Assembly: GCA_044236265.1 (NCBI GenBank)
Contig: JBIIGV010000014.1
Span: 1 to 39,795, forward strand
Length of the DNA: 39,795 nucleotides
Source of the DNA: Oligoflexales bacterium
GTDB taxonomy: Bacteria; Bdellovibrionota_B; Oligoflexia; Oligoflexales; RGVZ01
Reading direction: 5' to 3'
Shown: piece by piece, positions 7,565 to 17,235 of the stretch
How the letters are laid out: every line of letters starts with the position of its first letter
Position numbering within the stretch: position 1 is the stretch's first letter
Position numbers and translations under genes: made by a program
The notes under the pieces: generated by a model
Seen by the model: the letters and a program-made list of their open reading frames with translations, nothing else
What the model was told of the DNA's origin: nothing
Database searches by the model: none

Positions 7565-8116
7565 ATGACTCAGTCCTATTTTAAATCAAATCAAGGCATG
7601 GGAATGGCAGGCGCCATCCTCTTCACGGGCGTCATTGCCGTTATGGGCGCTGCAGCTGCCCAAAAGTTTAAAGGTCAGTACCTATCTCAAAACGCCACCG
7701 AGGTGGAGATAAGCAAAACGTCGATCACAAATTATATTTTTAACGCCATAGATTGCGAAGCGAGTCAGGGCATAAACAAAAATCCAACATCAACCGTTGG
7801 AATTGCTGGATCAACTAGTTCCTCTTCCTCTGCGACGTCATTGTGTATTGCGCCGAACACCCCGGTAGAGCTCAAGTCCCGCCTTGCCCCGAATGCGACT
7901 CTCATCAAAAGATTTAGCGCGAACCAATATCAACCGTGGAGCCTCGGATCTCCGGATATTGCCGCAAATAGTCTAACGACTCTAGGTCAATTTTACATTG
8001 CAGCGACGTGTAATGCTGATGGTGACATACAGATCTACATTAAAAAAATCAAAGGTCTGCCAAAAAATTTCATAAATTTGAATCCCTCTACGCCATGGAG
8101 GTGTGGCCTCAAATGA
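7565..8116 (+). CDS. Type IV minor pilin/pseudopilin-like protein (no Glu at +5)
   Basis: Class III-like leader KSNQG|MGMAGAILFTGVIAVMG followed by a globular domain with 4 Cys. Confidence 0.7.
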   Translation: MTQSYFKSNQGMGMAGAILFTGVIAVMGAAAAQKFKGQYLSQNATEVEISKTSITNYIFNAIDCEASQGINKNPTSTVGIAGSTSSSSSATSLCIAPNTPVELKSRLAPNATLIKRFSANQYQPWSLGSPDIAANSLTTLGQFYIAATCNADGDIQIYIKKIKGLPKNFINLNPSTPWRCGLK

Positions 8117-9618
8117 TTTTCCGCTGGATCAAAATCATAAACACTCGAATTTTCCCGGGACACGAGTCTGGCAACTCTGGTGGCGGGATGGTTGAAACAA
8201 TCATTACAGTGGGGCTGGTTGGTATTGCGACAACTGCATTTCTCTACAATGAACAGTTCAAATCAAAAGAAACTGTCAAGTTGAACAAGTCAATGGATAG
8301 GGCACAGCTTTCGAACTTCTTGACAAATACAGTCGACTGCGCAGAAACAGCTTCTCAACAAGATTTTGCATCACAATGCGCAGATAACCAAACCATCGAT
8401 CTTTATGATGCAAAGCGGGCAAAAATCGTCGCAAAAACCGGCACGGTGTATTCTAAGTACACTGTCAAGGCAGCATGCAATGGCTCTGAAATCACCTTAT
8501 CTGCCTCTGAACAAGGCAAGCCTGCAGAAAATCTCAACGAGGGAATTCCTATTGCGTGCCCTGCTCGGGCCCAATGTATTGCTGGATCGTTCACTCTTCG
8601 ACGGTTGACTGCGCCTGATTGCAATGCCTCGACCCCCAGCGCGAGCGTGCGTTGCGCCCTCGTGGCAGATGGCGATGGTAGCGGCGCAGGCGGTGGTGTG
8701 GGTGGCTCGAGAGGGAATGCAAACCTTTGTGAAGCAACAATTCAGAAAACATCTTTAAGTGGCGCCATCGATAGCGTCAGATTAAATGGGGTACCCGTTA
8801 ACGGACAGTGGTCTGGTAACACCTGGACGTCTGACCCTTATGATTGTGGGGCCGAAGCGACCCTGGTCTCTGCTGAGTTATCAACAGCACCAGTATTTAG
8901 ACCTCCTAATGACGCCGCTGAAATGCCAAACTCCGTGTGTGGGGAAGTTTCCCTTCCAGCAGTCGCACCACCAGCTGCGCTAACTTGTAAACTTCGATTG
9001 GTCCAAGGTGACCTGGAGTATTGGACTGCAGCTATAGAGAGAAGACCGGAGCTGGTTGTCAAAGTGACGAGCGATCACAATGTTCAAAAGATGCCCAAGG
9101 TCCTTCAAAGAGGCTCTGACCCCGTAACACAAGGAGCTTGGAGCCAGTCCACAACAGCGTTCAAAGGTTGCTCTGATCCGCCATGTTTCCGCGGTCAATT
9201 CTCAGGACAAGATGTTTGGATGCCAGGATATTATGAGGTTGAAATCGAAGATGTGAACGGGACTAAAGGGACATGTAAGGCTTACAACTACAGTTGCTGG
9301 GATACGTCGTGGCGCGGCGGTCGACAAGCCTATTGGAAAGGCGGCCCCTTGGTTAAAGATTTCGCCCGAAACTTAGGCGTCTTAAATAACCCTCCGGATG
9401 GCCCAGCAACGGGAACCGTTGCATACGATTCAACTACTATGCAGAAACTGTGTGAGTGGACGGGATTGAAAGTCATGTTTTCCAGCACAAAAAGTTCGGA
9501 AAATCGCGATAACTACACGTCATGTGGTGATGATCGGCATTTAAAGTGGGACGGTTCAAAAATTATTTCAGTAAAAGCATGCACATCAAATTGGGTCGGA
9601 TGTCTTCTTTGTAACTAG
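8113..9618 (+). CDS. Large pilin-like protein with a Cys-rich C-terminal extension (putative tip adhesin)
   Basis: ATGA overlap with the upstream gene, prepilin-like NSG|GGMVETIITVGLVGIA with Glu at +5, 20 Cys. Confidence 0.7.
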   Translation: MIFRWIKIINTRIFPGHESGNSGGGMVETIITVGLVGIATTAFLYNEQFKSKETVKLNKSMDRAQLSNFLTNTVDCAETASQQDFASQCADNQTIDLYDAKRAKIVAKTGTVYSKYTVKAACNGSEITLSASEQGKPAENLNEGIPIACPARAQCIAGSFTLRRLTAPDCNASTPSASVRCALVADGDGSGAGGGVGGSRGNANLCEATIQKTSLSGAIDSVRLNGVPVNGQWSGNTWTSDPYDCGAEATLVSAELSTAPVFRPPNDAAEMPNSVCGEVSLPAVAPPAALTCKLRLVQGDLEYWTAAIERRPELVVKVTSDHNVQKMPKVLQRGSDPVTQGAWSQSTTAFKGCSDPPCFRGQFSGQDVWMPGYYEVEIEDVNGTKGTCKAYNYSCWDTSWRGGRQAYWKGGPLVKDFARNLGVLNNPPDGPATGTVAYDSTTMQKLCEWTGLKVMFSSTKSSENRDNYTSCGDDRHLKWDGSKIISVKACTSNWVGCLLCN

Positions 9619-9679
9619 GATCTTTTAGCATTTGGATACGTCCCAATGTATGGACCAGCCATAAGAGAACGCTAAAACG

Positions 9680-11095
9680 TCAAATTAAATGGCGATTATA
9701 TTCGCGGCGAAGGCAGGCCGCCGCCATAAATGCGGCCTCTAAACTCTGGGAGCCATTTAAACGAGGATCACACCAGGTTTCATAACGTTCACCCAGCATT
9801 GATTCAGTAATTCCTGCTGTGCCTCCGGTGCACTCGGTCACAGCCTCGGATGTGAGCTCCAGGTGAATGCCCCCCAAGGTCGAACCACAGTCTCTGTGTG
9901 CCTCAAAGCTGCCATGAATTTCATCGACAATAGCCTCAAATCGACGGGTCTTACGACCATCTACCAGGCGCTCCGTGTTGCCGTGCATAGGATCGACGCT
10001 CCAGGTAACAGACAGCCCTGACTCATTCACAGCGCGGATCAGCGAAGGCAACATTTTCCGGACAGAACCTGCACCAAATCGCGTGATGAGCGTGATCTTT
10101 CCCGCCTCGTTGTGAGGATTGATTCTTGATATGACTTCAATTAAATCCTTTGCATCTGAGACAGATCCAACTTTGATACCAACAGGATTTCCGACGCCTC
10201 GGCAATACTCCACATGCGCACCATCAAGAGAGCGAGTTCGATCGCCGATCCAAAGCATGTGAGCGCTTAAATTATAGTATCGTCCCATTTCAGGAATGAA
10301 GCGCGTCAGTGACTCTTCGTAAGGCAAGAGAAGGGCCTCATGAGACACAAAAAAATGCTTAAACCCTTGCCCACTCGCAGTCTGCTCGTTAGCTGCTCCA
10401 GATGCGGTCGCAACATCTGAAATAAAGGACATGGCATCACGCAAGCCTGAAACAATCTGATCATAGCGTTTCCAATAAGCGCCCTTGGGCATCGTTTCGA
10501 GATCCCACGAATCAAGATTGTGCATGGCGCCGAACCCATTGCCCATCAGTGTTCGAATGAAATTCAACGTCGCACTGGAACAATGATAAGCTTGAAGTAA
10601 TCGCAGTGGATCTGACTGACGCGACTTTAAGTCCGTTCCAAATGAATTCACCGATTCCCCGCGAAAGATGGGAATCATCGCTCCATTTGGTAAACGCTCA
10701 TAGGGCTCACTGCGCGGCTTGGCATACTGACCTGCCATGCGCCCCACAGGGACAACGGGACGTCGTCCAGCAAAACCAATAACTAAAGCCATCTGCAAGA
10801 TGATGCGCATCTTGTCGGCAATCACATCCTCACGACAATCCTGAAAGCGCTCTGCGCAATCTCCTGCTTGGAGAATAAAACGCCGGCCTAGACCAGCCTC
10901 AGCGACCTGCCCCTTAAGAGCTTCAATTTCCCGGGCGCCAACCAAGCCTGGCAGCTTGCCGAGCTGCTCAGTCACAGCGGCTAAAGACGCCTGATCAACC
11001 CAATCGGGCTGCTGAGACGCCGAAAAATGGCGCCAACTGCCAGGCTGCCAAAGCCCAGCGGAATAGCAATACTCTTTGATTTCAGACAGTTGCAT
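9680..11095 (-). CDS. 3-deoxy-7-phosphoheptulonate (DAHP) synthase, class II
   Basis: QAGDCAE, GRMAGQYAKPRS, SHEALLLPYE, HMLWIGDRTR, DPMHGNT and CDPRLN motifs. Confidence 0.95.
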   Translation of the reverse strand: MQLSEIKEYCYSAGLWQPGSWRHFSASQQPDWVDQASLAAVTEQLGKLPGLVGAREIEALKGQVAEAGLGRRFILQAGDCAERFQDCREDVIADKMRIILQMALVIGFAGRRPVVPVGRMAGQYAKPRSEPYERLPNGAMIPIFRGESVNSFGTDLKSRQSDPLRLLQAYHCSSATLNFIRTLMGNGFGAMHNLDSWDLETMPKGAYWKRYDQIVSGLRDAMSFISDVATASGAANEQTASGQGFKHFFVSHEALLLPYEESLTRFIPEMGRYYNLSAHMLWIGDRTRSLDGAHVEYCRGVGNPVGIKVGSVSDAKDLIEVISRINPHNEAGKITLITRFGAGSVRKMLPSLIRAVNESGLSVTWSVDPMHGNTERLVDGRKTRRFEAIVDEIHGSFEAHRDCGSTLGGIHLELTSEAVTECTGGTAGITESMLGERYETWCDPRLNGSQSLEAAFMAAACLRREYNRHLI

Positions 11096-11173
11096 GATGT
11101 CCTGCTGCTTTTTATGTAGCCAAAGCGCGCTGCCCTGGACCCATTAATACAGTAGGATTCTATATACTTTTTA

Positions 11174-11202
11174 TTGCGATCTAATGCCACTCCTTACATA
11201 CT
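11174..11202 (+). promoter_or_regulatory. Putative sigma70 promoter of the heme operon
   Basis: TTGCGA-N17-CATACT. Confidence 0.45.
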
Positions 11203-11252
11203 TGGGCCTCGAAATTAAAGCCCAATTAATTGGAACCGGGCCCAGGGACTAA

Positions 11253-12041
11253 ATGAACGAATCGGCAGTATTTTCAGTGGTTTCTTTAGCTGCATTTCTT
11301 GTGGCCTCTGGTCTGTTGGCCTTAGGCTTTAAAGAAACCCGCAAGCATCGACTTTTTTCGCGTCTCGGTTATTTGATGTTTTTAATCGGAACCTTGTCTG
11401 CGACCGTGCTTGCCTTGAAAACCCAAACCAGCTCCTATCTTTTTGCCTCGGCCGTTTGTTGGGCAACAATTATCAGCTGGTTTGTTTGGCAGTTGGAAAT
11501 CGTTGGAGCGTTTACTGCTCCTGTCGTTGCGCTTACTTTGATGTACGGCATTTTTTTTAGTCCAATGTCATCCCCATCAGTTAGCCACGACATGGGGCCT
11601 GCCATGAGGATACACGTGGCATCAGCTATCATCGGTCAGTCTTTTGCCGTTGTGGCCTGCGGTATCAGTTTGCTCTTTATCTGGCTCGATAAAAAATTAA
11701 AAAAACGGCAGTTAAATGATCTGCCGCAAAGCTTTCCTGCGATTTCAAATTTAACCAATGCGCTGAACATTGCTCTTTGGATTGGCTTTGCCTTCATCAG
11801 TTTGGGACTTGTTAGTGGTGCTTTGTACTTTCTAGTTGGGTCAGTTCCCAGTGAAATGAATATTATGCCCAAGGTAATTTGGGCCGTCTTCGTGTGGCTA
11901 TGGTACCTCTCCATCTTAGCACTCAAGGGTATCCTAAGTTATCGGCCGCAGCGCGTGGCGAGGCTGAGTTTAATCGGCTTTGCCTTGCTGGCTGTAAGTT
12001 GGTTTGGTTTGATTTTTGTGGCGCCGTGGAGACCTCTATGA
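11253..12041 (+). CDS. CcsA/HemX-like cytochrome c assembly family membrane protein
   Basis: About 8 hydrophobic segments, conserved His (RIHVASAIIG), KLKK loop, PK..W motif; lies directly before hemA. Confidence 0.8.
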   Translation: MNESAVFSVVSLAAFLVASGLLALGFKETRKHRLFSRLGYLMFLIGTLSATVLALKTQTSSYLFASAVCWATIISWFVWQLEIVGAFTAPVVALTLMYGIFFSPMSSPSVSHDMGPAMRIHVASAIIGQSFAVVACGISLLFIWLDKKLKKRQLNDLPQSFPAISNLTNALNIALWIGFAFISLGLVSGALYFLVGSVPSEMNIMPKVIWAVFVWLWYLSILALKGILSYRPQRVARLSLIGFALLAVSWFGLIFVAPWRPL

Positions 12042-13381
12042 ACGTCACCCAAATTAAATCTATGCCCGATCAACAGCCATTTCTGTTTTTTTGCGTTGGC
12101 AATAATCATAGAACCGCCCCAATCAGTACGCGCGAGTCTTTTTATTTAAGTCCCGATCAAATTTCCGCAGTTCTCGCAACAGCAGCAAAACGCTTCTCCC
12201 TCAAAGAACTGGCGGTTTTGTCGACATGCAATCGCTGCGAGGTGTTTGGCGTCCTCGCAGGGGACCACGCTGCAGGTCAAACAGCGTTAAGGGAAATTTA
12301 CGCTGCCGTTCATGAAATCGCTGGCAACCGCCAGGCGGTGATTTATCAAACGGATCCCTATCCGGTTTACACGCTGACAGGTCTTGATGCGATTCGTCAC
12401 ACATTTAAGGTTGCATCGAGTTTGGACTCTCTTGTCCCAGGTGAAACCCAAATCACAGGACAATTCAAAGACGCCATGAATCTTGCTAAAAGCTCTGGAA
12501 CTTTTGGCCCGATGCTTGACAGATTGTCCCAAGCAGCACTCGCTACGGCAAAAAACATTCGCACAAACACAGAAATAGGACGTCATCGAGTCAGCATCTC
12601 CCACGCTGCCGTAGATTTAGCAAAACGAGCGTCTAATGACTTATCAACGCTCAATTTTTTGATTATCGGCGCAGGAGAGATGGCGCGGGTCGCAGCAGAA
12701 TATATTGCCACCTATAAACCGAGGTCTCTCGTTATTGCTAATCGAAGCCGTCAAAAGGCCTTTGAGCTGACGGAGCACCTTGGCGTTGGAGAACATCATA
12801 GCCTGGATAGTTTGCCGCATTTGATAGCCCGTGCCGATGTCGTAATCAGCGCGACCAGCTCCCCCGGCTATCTTGTGGATGCCGCGATGGTGCAAAAGGC
12901 CGTGGAAGAGCGCAGTGACAAGCCACTGTTTCTCATCGATATCGCTTTACCGCGAGACATCCATCCATCTGTTGCTGGTGTTTCTGAAGCATATTTGTTC
13001 GACATTGATGATCTTAAGTCTGTCGTTGATGCGCACCTCGAAAAAAGAAAAGACGCTCTGAAACAGGCCAGTGATATTTTAAGCTCAGGTGTGGAGTCCT
13101 TCGCAGAATGGTTGACCCATCGAGAAGTTGCTCCCGTTATTTCCGATTCGGCTCGCTATATGAGTGACCTCATCACTCGCGAGGCTGCAAAAACCTTTAG
13201 CAAAGACATTTTTGCCAACCTCTCCGATAAGCAGCGAGAGGCTATTGACGGCTTTGTGGAAGCGGTCTCTTCGAGAGTTACTGGTGATATCGCGCAATCT
13301 TTAAAAAAGGCCTCACCAGAGGAAGCTCGAGACATCAGTCAAGCTTTGCAGTCTATCTTCGGCAAGGACAGCCGCCCATGA
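12038..13381 (+). CDS. hemA: Glutamyl-tRNA reductase
   Basis: LSTCNRCE, SLDSLVPGETQITGQ, IIGAGEM and DIALPRDI motifs; ATGA overlap with the upstream gene. Confidence 0.96.
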   Translation: MNVTQIKSMPDQQPFLFFCVGNNHRTAPISTRESFYLSPDQISAVLATAAKRFSLKELAVLSTCNRCEVFGVLAGDHAAGQTALREIYAAVHEIAGNRQAVIYQTDPYPVYTLTGLDAIRHTFKVASSLDSLVPGETQITGQFKDAMNLAKSSGTFGPMLDRLSQAALATAKNIRTNTEIGRHRVSISHAAVDLAKRASNDLSTLNFLIIGAGEMARVAAEYIATYKPRSLVIANRSRQKAFELTEHLGVGEHHSLDSLPHLIARADVVISATSSPGYLVDAAMVQKAVEERSDKPLFLIDIALPRDIHPSVAGVSEAYLFDIDDLKSVVDAHLEKRKDALKQASDILSSGVESFAEWLTHREVAPVISDSARYMSDLITREAAKTFSKDIFANLSDKQREAIDGFVEAVSSRVTGDIAQSLKKASPEEARDISQALQSIFGKDSRP

Positions 13382-14397
13382 CCCACTCCACTCAATCGTC
13401 CGAGCAAATGAAGCAGTCATTCATATTGGCATCAAGAGGGAGCACGCTGGCACTCTGGCAGGCGAATTACGTGGCTGAGCTCATCCGTAAGTTAGGTGCG
13501 GATGTGAGCATTCAAACTTGGAAAACCACCGGTGATATTGTTCAAGATCGTTTTTTACATGAGATCGGTGGTAAAGGGCTTTTTATCAAGGAACTTGAAG
13601 AAGCTATGAGCAAAGGCGCCGCACACCTTGCCGTTCACAGCCTAAAGGATATGCCAGCCAAAATACCCTCAGGTTTTTCCTTGGCTGCAGTTTTAAAACG
13701 CCACGAATCTGCAGATGTTATCGTTTTTCGCTCTGGGATTGCCGAAAAACATGGATTAGCCCACAGGCAAGTTTTGAATGCACAAAACCTGCGGAAGCTA
13801 GGCCCTCTGACGCTTGCAACATCGAGCTTACGTCGGCAAGCTATTTTGAAAGCAGATTGTCCTGAAATCAAAACGATTCCTATCCGTGGCAATGTGGATA
13901 CAAGATTAAAGAAACTTGAATCCGAGGTCACATGGGACGGCATTATTCTGGCTGAGGCCTCCTTGGAACGCCTCGGGCTGACGTCCCTACCCGCGTTTCG
14001 ATTGGACCCATCCTGGTTTATCCCCTGCGCGGGACAGGGCGCCTTGGCGATCGAAACCCTGGCTGATGGCCCTGCCCTTGCTCTTGCGTCGAAACTGCAA
14101 TGCTCTCAAACGAGGCTTGCCGTTGACATTGAACGTTCGGTCTTAGCGCGGCTTGGGGGAGATTGCACAATGCCATTCGGATGCCTTGTCACAATGGACT
14201 CAGAGGCGCAGCAACATCTAATGGCCCGCGCAATTGTGTTAGCAGCAGATGGTGCCTCCTTGGCTAGAGCAGAGTGCAAGATCTCGATAACCACAACAAA
14301 TCTAGCCAAGGTAGCAGAAGATACCTTGATTGAAGGTCTGCGTAAAAATGGCGCAAACGACGTTCTTGCATCTCTGGGTCTTCAAGTTCGGATTTGA
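13378..14397 (+). CDS. hemC: Hydroxymethylbilane synthase (porphobilinogen deaminase)
   Basis: SRGSTLALWQA, GGKGLFIKELE, VHSLKDMP, TSSLRR, IRGNVDTRL and LGGDC motifs. Confidence 0.96.
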   Translation: MTHSTQSSEQMKQSFILASRGSTLALWQANYVAELIRKLGADVSIQTWKTTGDIVQDRFLHEIGGKGLFIKELEEAMSKGAAHLAVHSLKDMPAKIPSGFSLAAVLKRHESADVIVFRSGIAEKHGLAHRQVLNAQNLRKLGPLTLATSSLRRQAILKADCPEIKTIPIRGNVDTRLKKLESEVTWDGIILAEASLERLGLTSLPAFRLDPSWFIPCAGQGALAIETLADGPALALASKLQCSQTRLAVDIERSVLARLGGDCTMPFGCLVTMDSEAQQHLMARAIVLAADGASLARAECKISITTTNLAKVAEDTLIEGLRKNGANDVLASLGLQVRI

Positions 14398-14476
14398 AGG
14401 TTAATGAGGACCGTTGCATAATGAATTGTTTCGCAAATTATAAAACGAGTAGTCGATGGTACGGAGCTAATTGCCC

Positions 14477-15220
14477 ATGGCGCTATTGATCTGGACAAGG
14501 TCTGCCGACGATTGGGATCATGACAAACCGATTCTGGATGCCACGGATGTCGACGTGCTGCACCTGCCATGCATTGCCATGACGGGATTGACCGTTAAAT
14601 TTCCGAAACGAAAACCCCAAATTTTTATTTTTACGAGCGGTAACGCGGTACGTTACGCGGCTCGCCATCCAGCCCTGTTTAATCTAATGCGATCGAGCGA
14701 GGGCGTCTTAGCCGTTGGCCCTGGTACCAAGGAGGCTCTGAAGGCCTTTAAGATCAATGCCGAGGTTCCAACGGGCGTGACAAATGCCGAACAGATAACT
14801 GAGTGGATGGCGCAAAATCTAAGACCGGGAACAGACGTTGCATGGCCATGTTCAAAAGAGCCAAGCTTTGACATCGCGGGCCATCTCAGTCGCTACGACA
14901 TTCACGTTGAGCCGTTGGCGGTCTACGCCACAGAAAAAGCCCTGCATCTTCCACATGGCAAAATGCCTGATGATGATGACATTGAACGTTACATACAATC
15001 TCTAGAGGGTGTCGTCTGTTTTGCAAGTCCGTCGGCCATCGACGGGTTTGCTCGGTCACTAAACCCGTCTGAAAATCGTCTTCGCCAGGAACTGACAGCT
15101 TGCTGCATAGGTCAAACAACGGCGTCATTTGCCGAGGGGCATTTTGATAAGATCGTGGTTGCTCCAATGCACTCAATTGAGTCTTTGGTAGAAATCGCTG
15201 TCAAAGCGTTAAAAGACTAG
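14477..15220 (+). CDS. hemD: Uroporphyrinogen-III synthase
   Basis: IFTSGNAV, AVGPGT, VYAT, FASPSA and CIGQTTA motifs; downstream of hemC. Confidence 0.88.
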   Translation: MALLIWTRSADDWDHDKPILDATDVDVLHLPCIAMTGLTVKFPKRKPQIFIFTSGNAVRYAARHPALFNLMRSSEGVLAVGPGTKEALKAFKINAEVPTGVTNAEQITEWMAQNLRPGTDVAWPCSKEPSFDIAGHLSRYDIHVEPLAVYATEKALHLPHGKMPDDDDIERYIQSLEGVVCFASPSAIDGFARSLNPSENRLRQELTACCIGQTTASFAEGHFDKIVVAPMHSIESLVEIAVKALKD

Positions 15221-15227
15221 CTGCGAA

Positions 15228-16517
15228 TCAAATGTATGATAATTGACGCGCTTCCTGCAGAAGGCTTTCCCTGAACTGAGGATGTGCAATTTGAATCATT
15301 TGTTTGATGCGTTCTGGTACAGTTTTGCCCTTGAGCTGGGCGACCCCGTGTTCGGTAACAATCGTGTCGACATCGTTACGCGATATACTAACTTTCGCTC
15401 CCGCTTGCAGAGTGCTGACAATTTTGCTGCGCGTTCCATTTTTCATTGTTGATGCCAAAGCAATGATACCGCGACCGCCATTGCTTCTCTGAGCTCCTAC
15501 GTGAGTATCAAAAGCACCGCCAACGCCGCTCAATTCAACATGACCAACAGACTCACTGCAAACCTGCCCCGTCAAATCAACTTCGACAGCAGAGTTAAGG
15601 GAAATCATCTTGTGATTACGGCCAATCCGGTAGGGATCATTAACCACAGACGCTGGATGAATTTCGACAATCGGATTTTCTTTCACAAAATCATAGAGCG
15701 CACGACTTCCATAGGCAAAAGCACCAATAATTTTTCTGGGCCATATCGTTTTCTCGCGGCCAGTAATGACCCCGTTCATATAAAGATCCATAAACGCGTC
15801 ATTGATCATTTCAGTGTGTACGCCAAGATTCTTTTTGCCTTTCAGGTGCTTGCCAACGGCATTGGGAATGCCTCCGATACCGAGCTGTAATGTGGCGCCA
15901 TCGGGAATAAGATCAACTACAAAAGAGGCTATTTTTTCTTCAAGCGCGCCAAAGGCGGCTGGTGCAACCTCAGGCAATGGATTATCTGACTCAACTAGCA
16001 GGTCGACCTCGTCGAGCGCAACTTCTGTACCACCAAATGTGGGCGGCATTGCTGGATTAACCTCAAGAACAACGTGACGCGCCGCACGCAAAACCTCAGA
16101 CTCATAACAATTGGAGGTACCCAAGCTTAAAAATCCGCGCTTGTCGGGTGGAGAACATGACCCCCAGAACACATCAATCCCGCCAGTCCGTTCTTTGAGG
16201 TTCTGAGCCCACCGAGACAGATGCTGGGGCATGTAATGAACAAAACCTCTTCCCTGAAGCTTGCGAATGGCGCCCGTCATGAACATGACAATAAATTCCA
16301 CATGCTCCCGCATCGAATCATCTGCGATGCATGGCCAAGGGCGACTGGGATTGGCACAGAACACCCGCAAATCTCGATGATCCCTGGCGTGGGTATGAAA
16401 ATTCGACCAGAACAACTGTGGTTCAGCTGCCGCCATCGACGTGACAACTGTAGATCCCGACGAAATTAGTGCAAAAGCTTCTTCGAGAGAGCCAACGCGA
16501 GCCCCAGCCTTAATCAT
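15228..16517 (-). CDS. Acetyl-CoA hydrolase/4-hydroxybutyrate CoA-transferase family protein
   Basis: IPDGATLQLGIGGIPNAV, LGVHTEM, EVDLTGQV.SE, SGVGG and VTEHGVA motifs. Confidence 0.93.
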   Translation of the reverse strand: MIKAGARVGSLEEAFALISSGSTVVTSMAAAEPQLFWSNFHTHARDHRDLRVFCANPSRPWPCIADDSMREHVEFIVMFMTGAIRKLQGRGFVHYMPQHLSRWAQNLKERTGGIDVFWGSCSPPDKRGFLSLGTSNCYESEVLRAARHVVLEVNPAMPPTFGGTEVALDEVDLLVESDNPLPEVAPAAFGALEEKIASFVVDLIPDGATLQLGIGGIPNAVGKHLKGKKNLGVHTEMINDAFMDLYMNGVITGREKTIWPRKIIGAFAYGSRALYDFVKENPIVEIHPASVVNDPYRIGRNHKMISLNSAVEVDLTGQVCSESVGHVELSGVGGAFDTHVGAQRSNGGRGIIALASTMKNGTRSKIVSTLQAGAKVSISRNDVDTIVTEHGVAQLKGKTVPERIKQMIQIAHPQFRESLLQEARQLSYI

Positions 16518-16519
16518 GG

Positions 16520-16933
16520 TTACGCCTCATATACATATTTTTTATTTAATGTAATAGCGGGGCTAATACTTTGAATGACAGGACAGCTGTTACCAATCGC
16601 TTCAAGCTCTTGACGCTGAGATTCCGCAAGATGCTTTGGCATTCTTATCACTACATCAAGAGCGCTGATGCGTCTTGGCAAATCTTGGCTCATATGCTTT
16701 TCAATGTGACAAACCATGCCATTTAGACTAATTTTATGTTTACGGGCATGGATCGCCATGACACTCATCATGCATGATCCAACGGCCGTCGCTACCAAAT
16801 CAGTTGGAGAAAAACTTCTTCCTTCTCCGCCATTGTCTAGCGGGGGATCCGTTACTAACTTGGTTGAAGACAACTCGTGCGTCATCTCCATGGCGAGGCC
16901 CCCCAGATATGCTCCCGATATCTTAACACCCAT
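16520..16933 (-). CDS. OsmC/YhfA family protein
   Basis: TDPPLDNGGEG.SFSPTDL...GSC and CPV motifs; start at ATG 16933 after AGGAG. Confidence 0.9.
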   Translation of the reverse strand: MGVKISGAYLGGLAMEMTHELSSTKLVTDPPLDNGGEGRSFSPTDLVATAVGSCMMSVMAIHARKHKISLNGMVCHIEKHMSQDLPRRISALDVVIRMPKHLAESQRQELEAIGNSCPVIQSISPAITLNKKYVYEA

Positions 16934-17173
16934 AACGTCTCTCCTACCTTTTATGGCTTCCATTACACAAGCCTGGTCAGCGCCAATAGCGACCATGTCC
17001 TCGCTATTGAACCCAAAATAGACGCTAACACGCAACCGCGAACAAATAAAATATCATGACCATGCTGCCTTAAAAATTCACATAAAAGCCTGAAAACACT
17101 GCGCAACAGGCCTTCCATGATCTTGGTCAATTTTTGCCTATGACCACCAACCCCTGCAACCCCCCATAAAGGC

Positions 17174-17200
17174 TAAAGTCTTACAGCCTTCATCCGAATA
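17174..17200 (+). promoter_or_regulatory. Putative sigma28/FliA-type promoter
   Basis: TAAAGTCT-N11-TCCGAATA, followed by RBS AGGAGG and ATG 17236. Confidence 0.65.
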
Positions 17201-17235
17201 GTGACAAAGATGAACAATGAGGAGGTGCCCTGAAA

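Noticed and set aside
14417..14439. TTGCATAATGAATTGTTTCGCAA between hemC and hemD as a Fur-like box
   Set aside because: Only short imperfect symmetry and a poor match to the 19-bp Fur consensus
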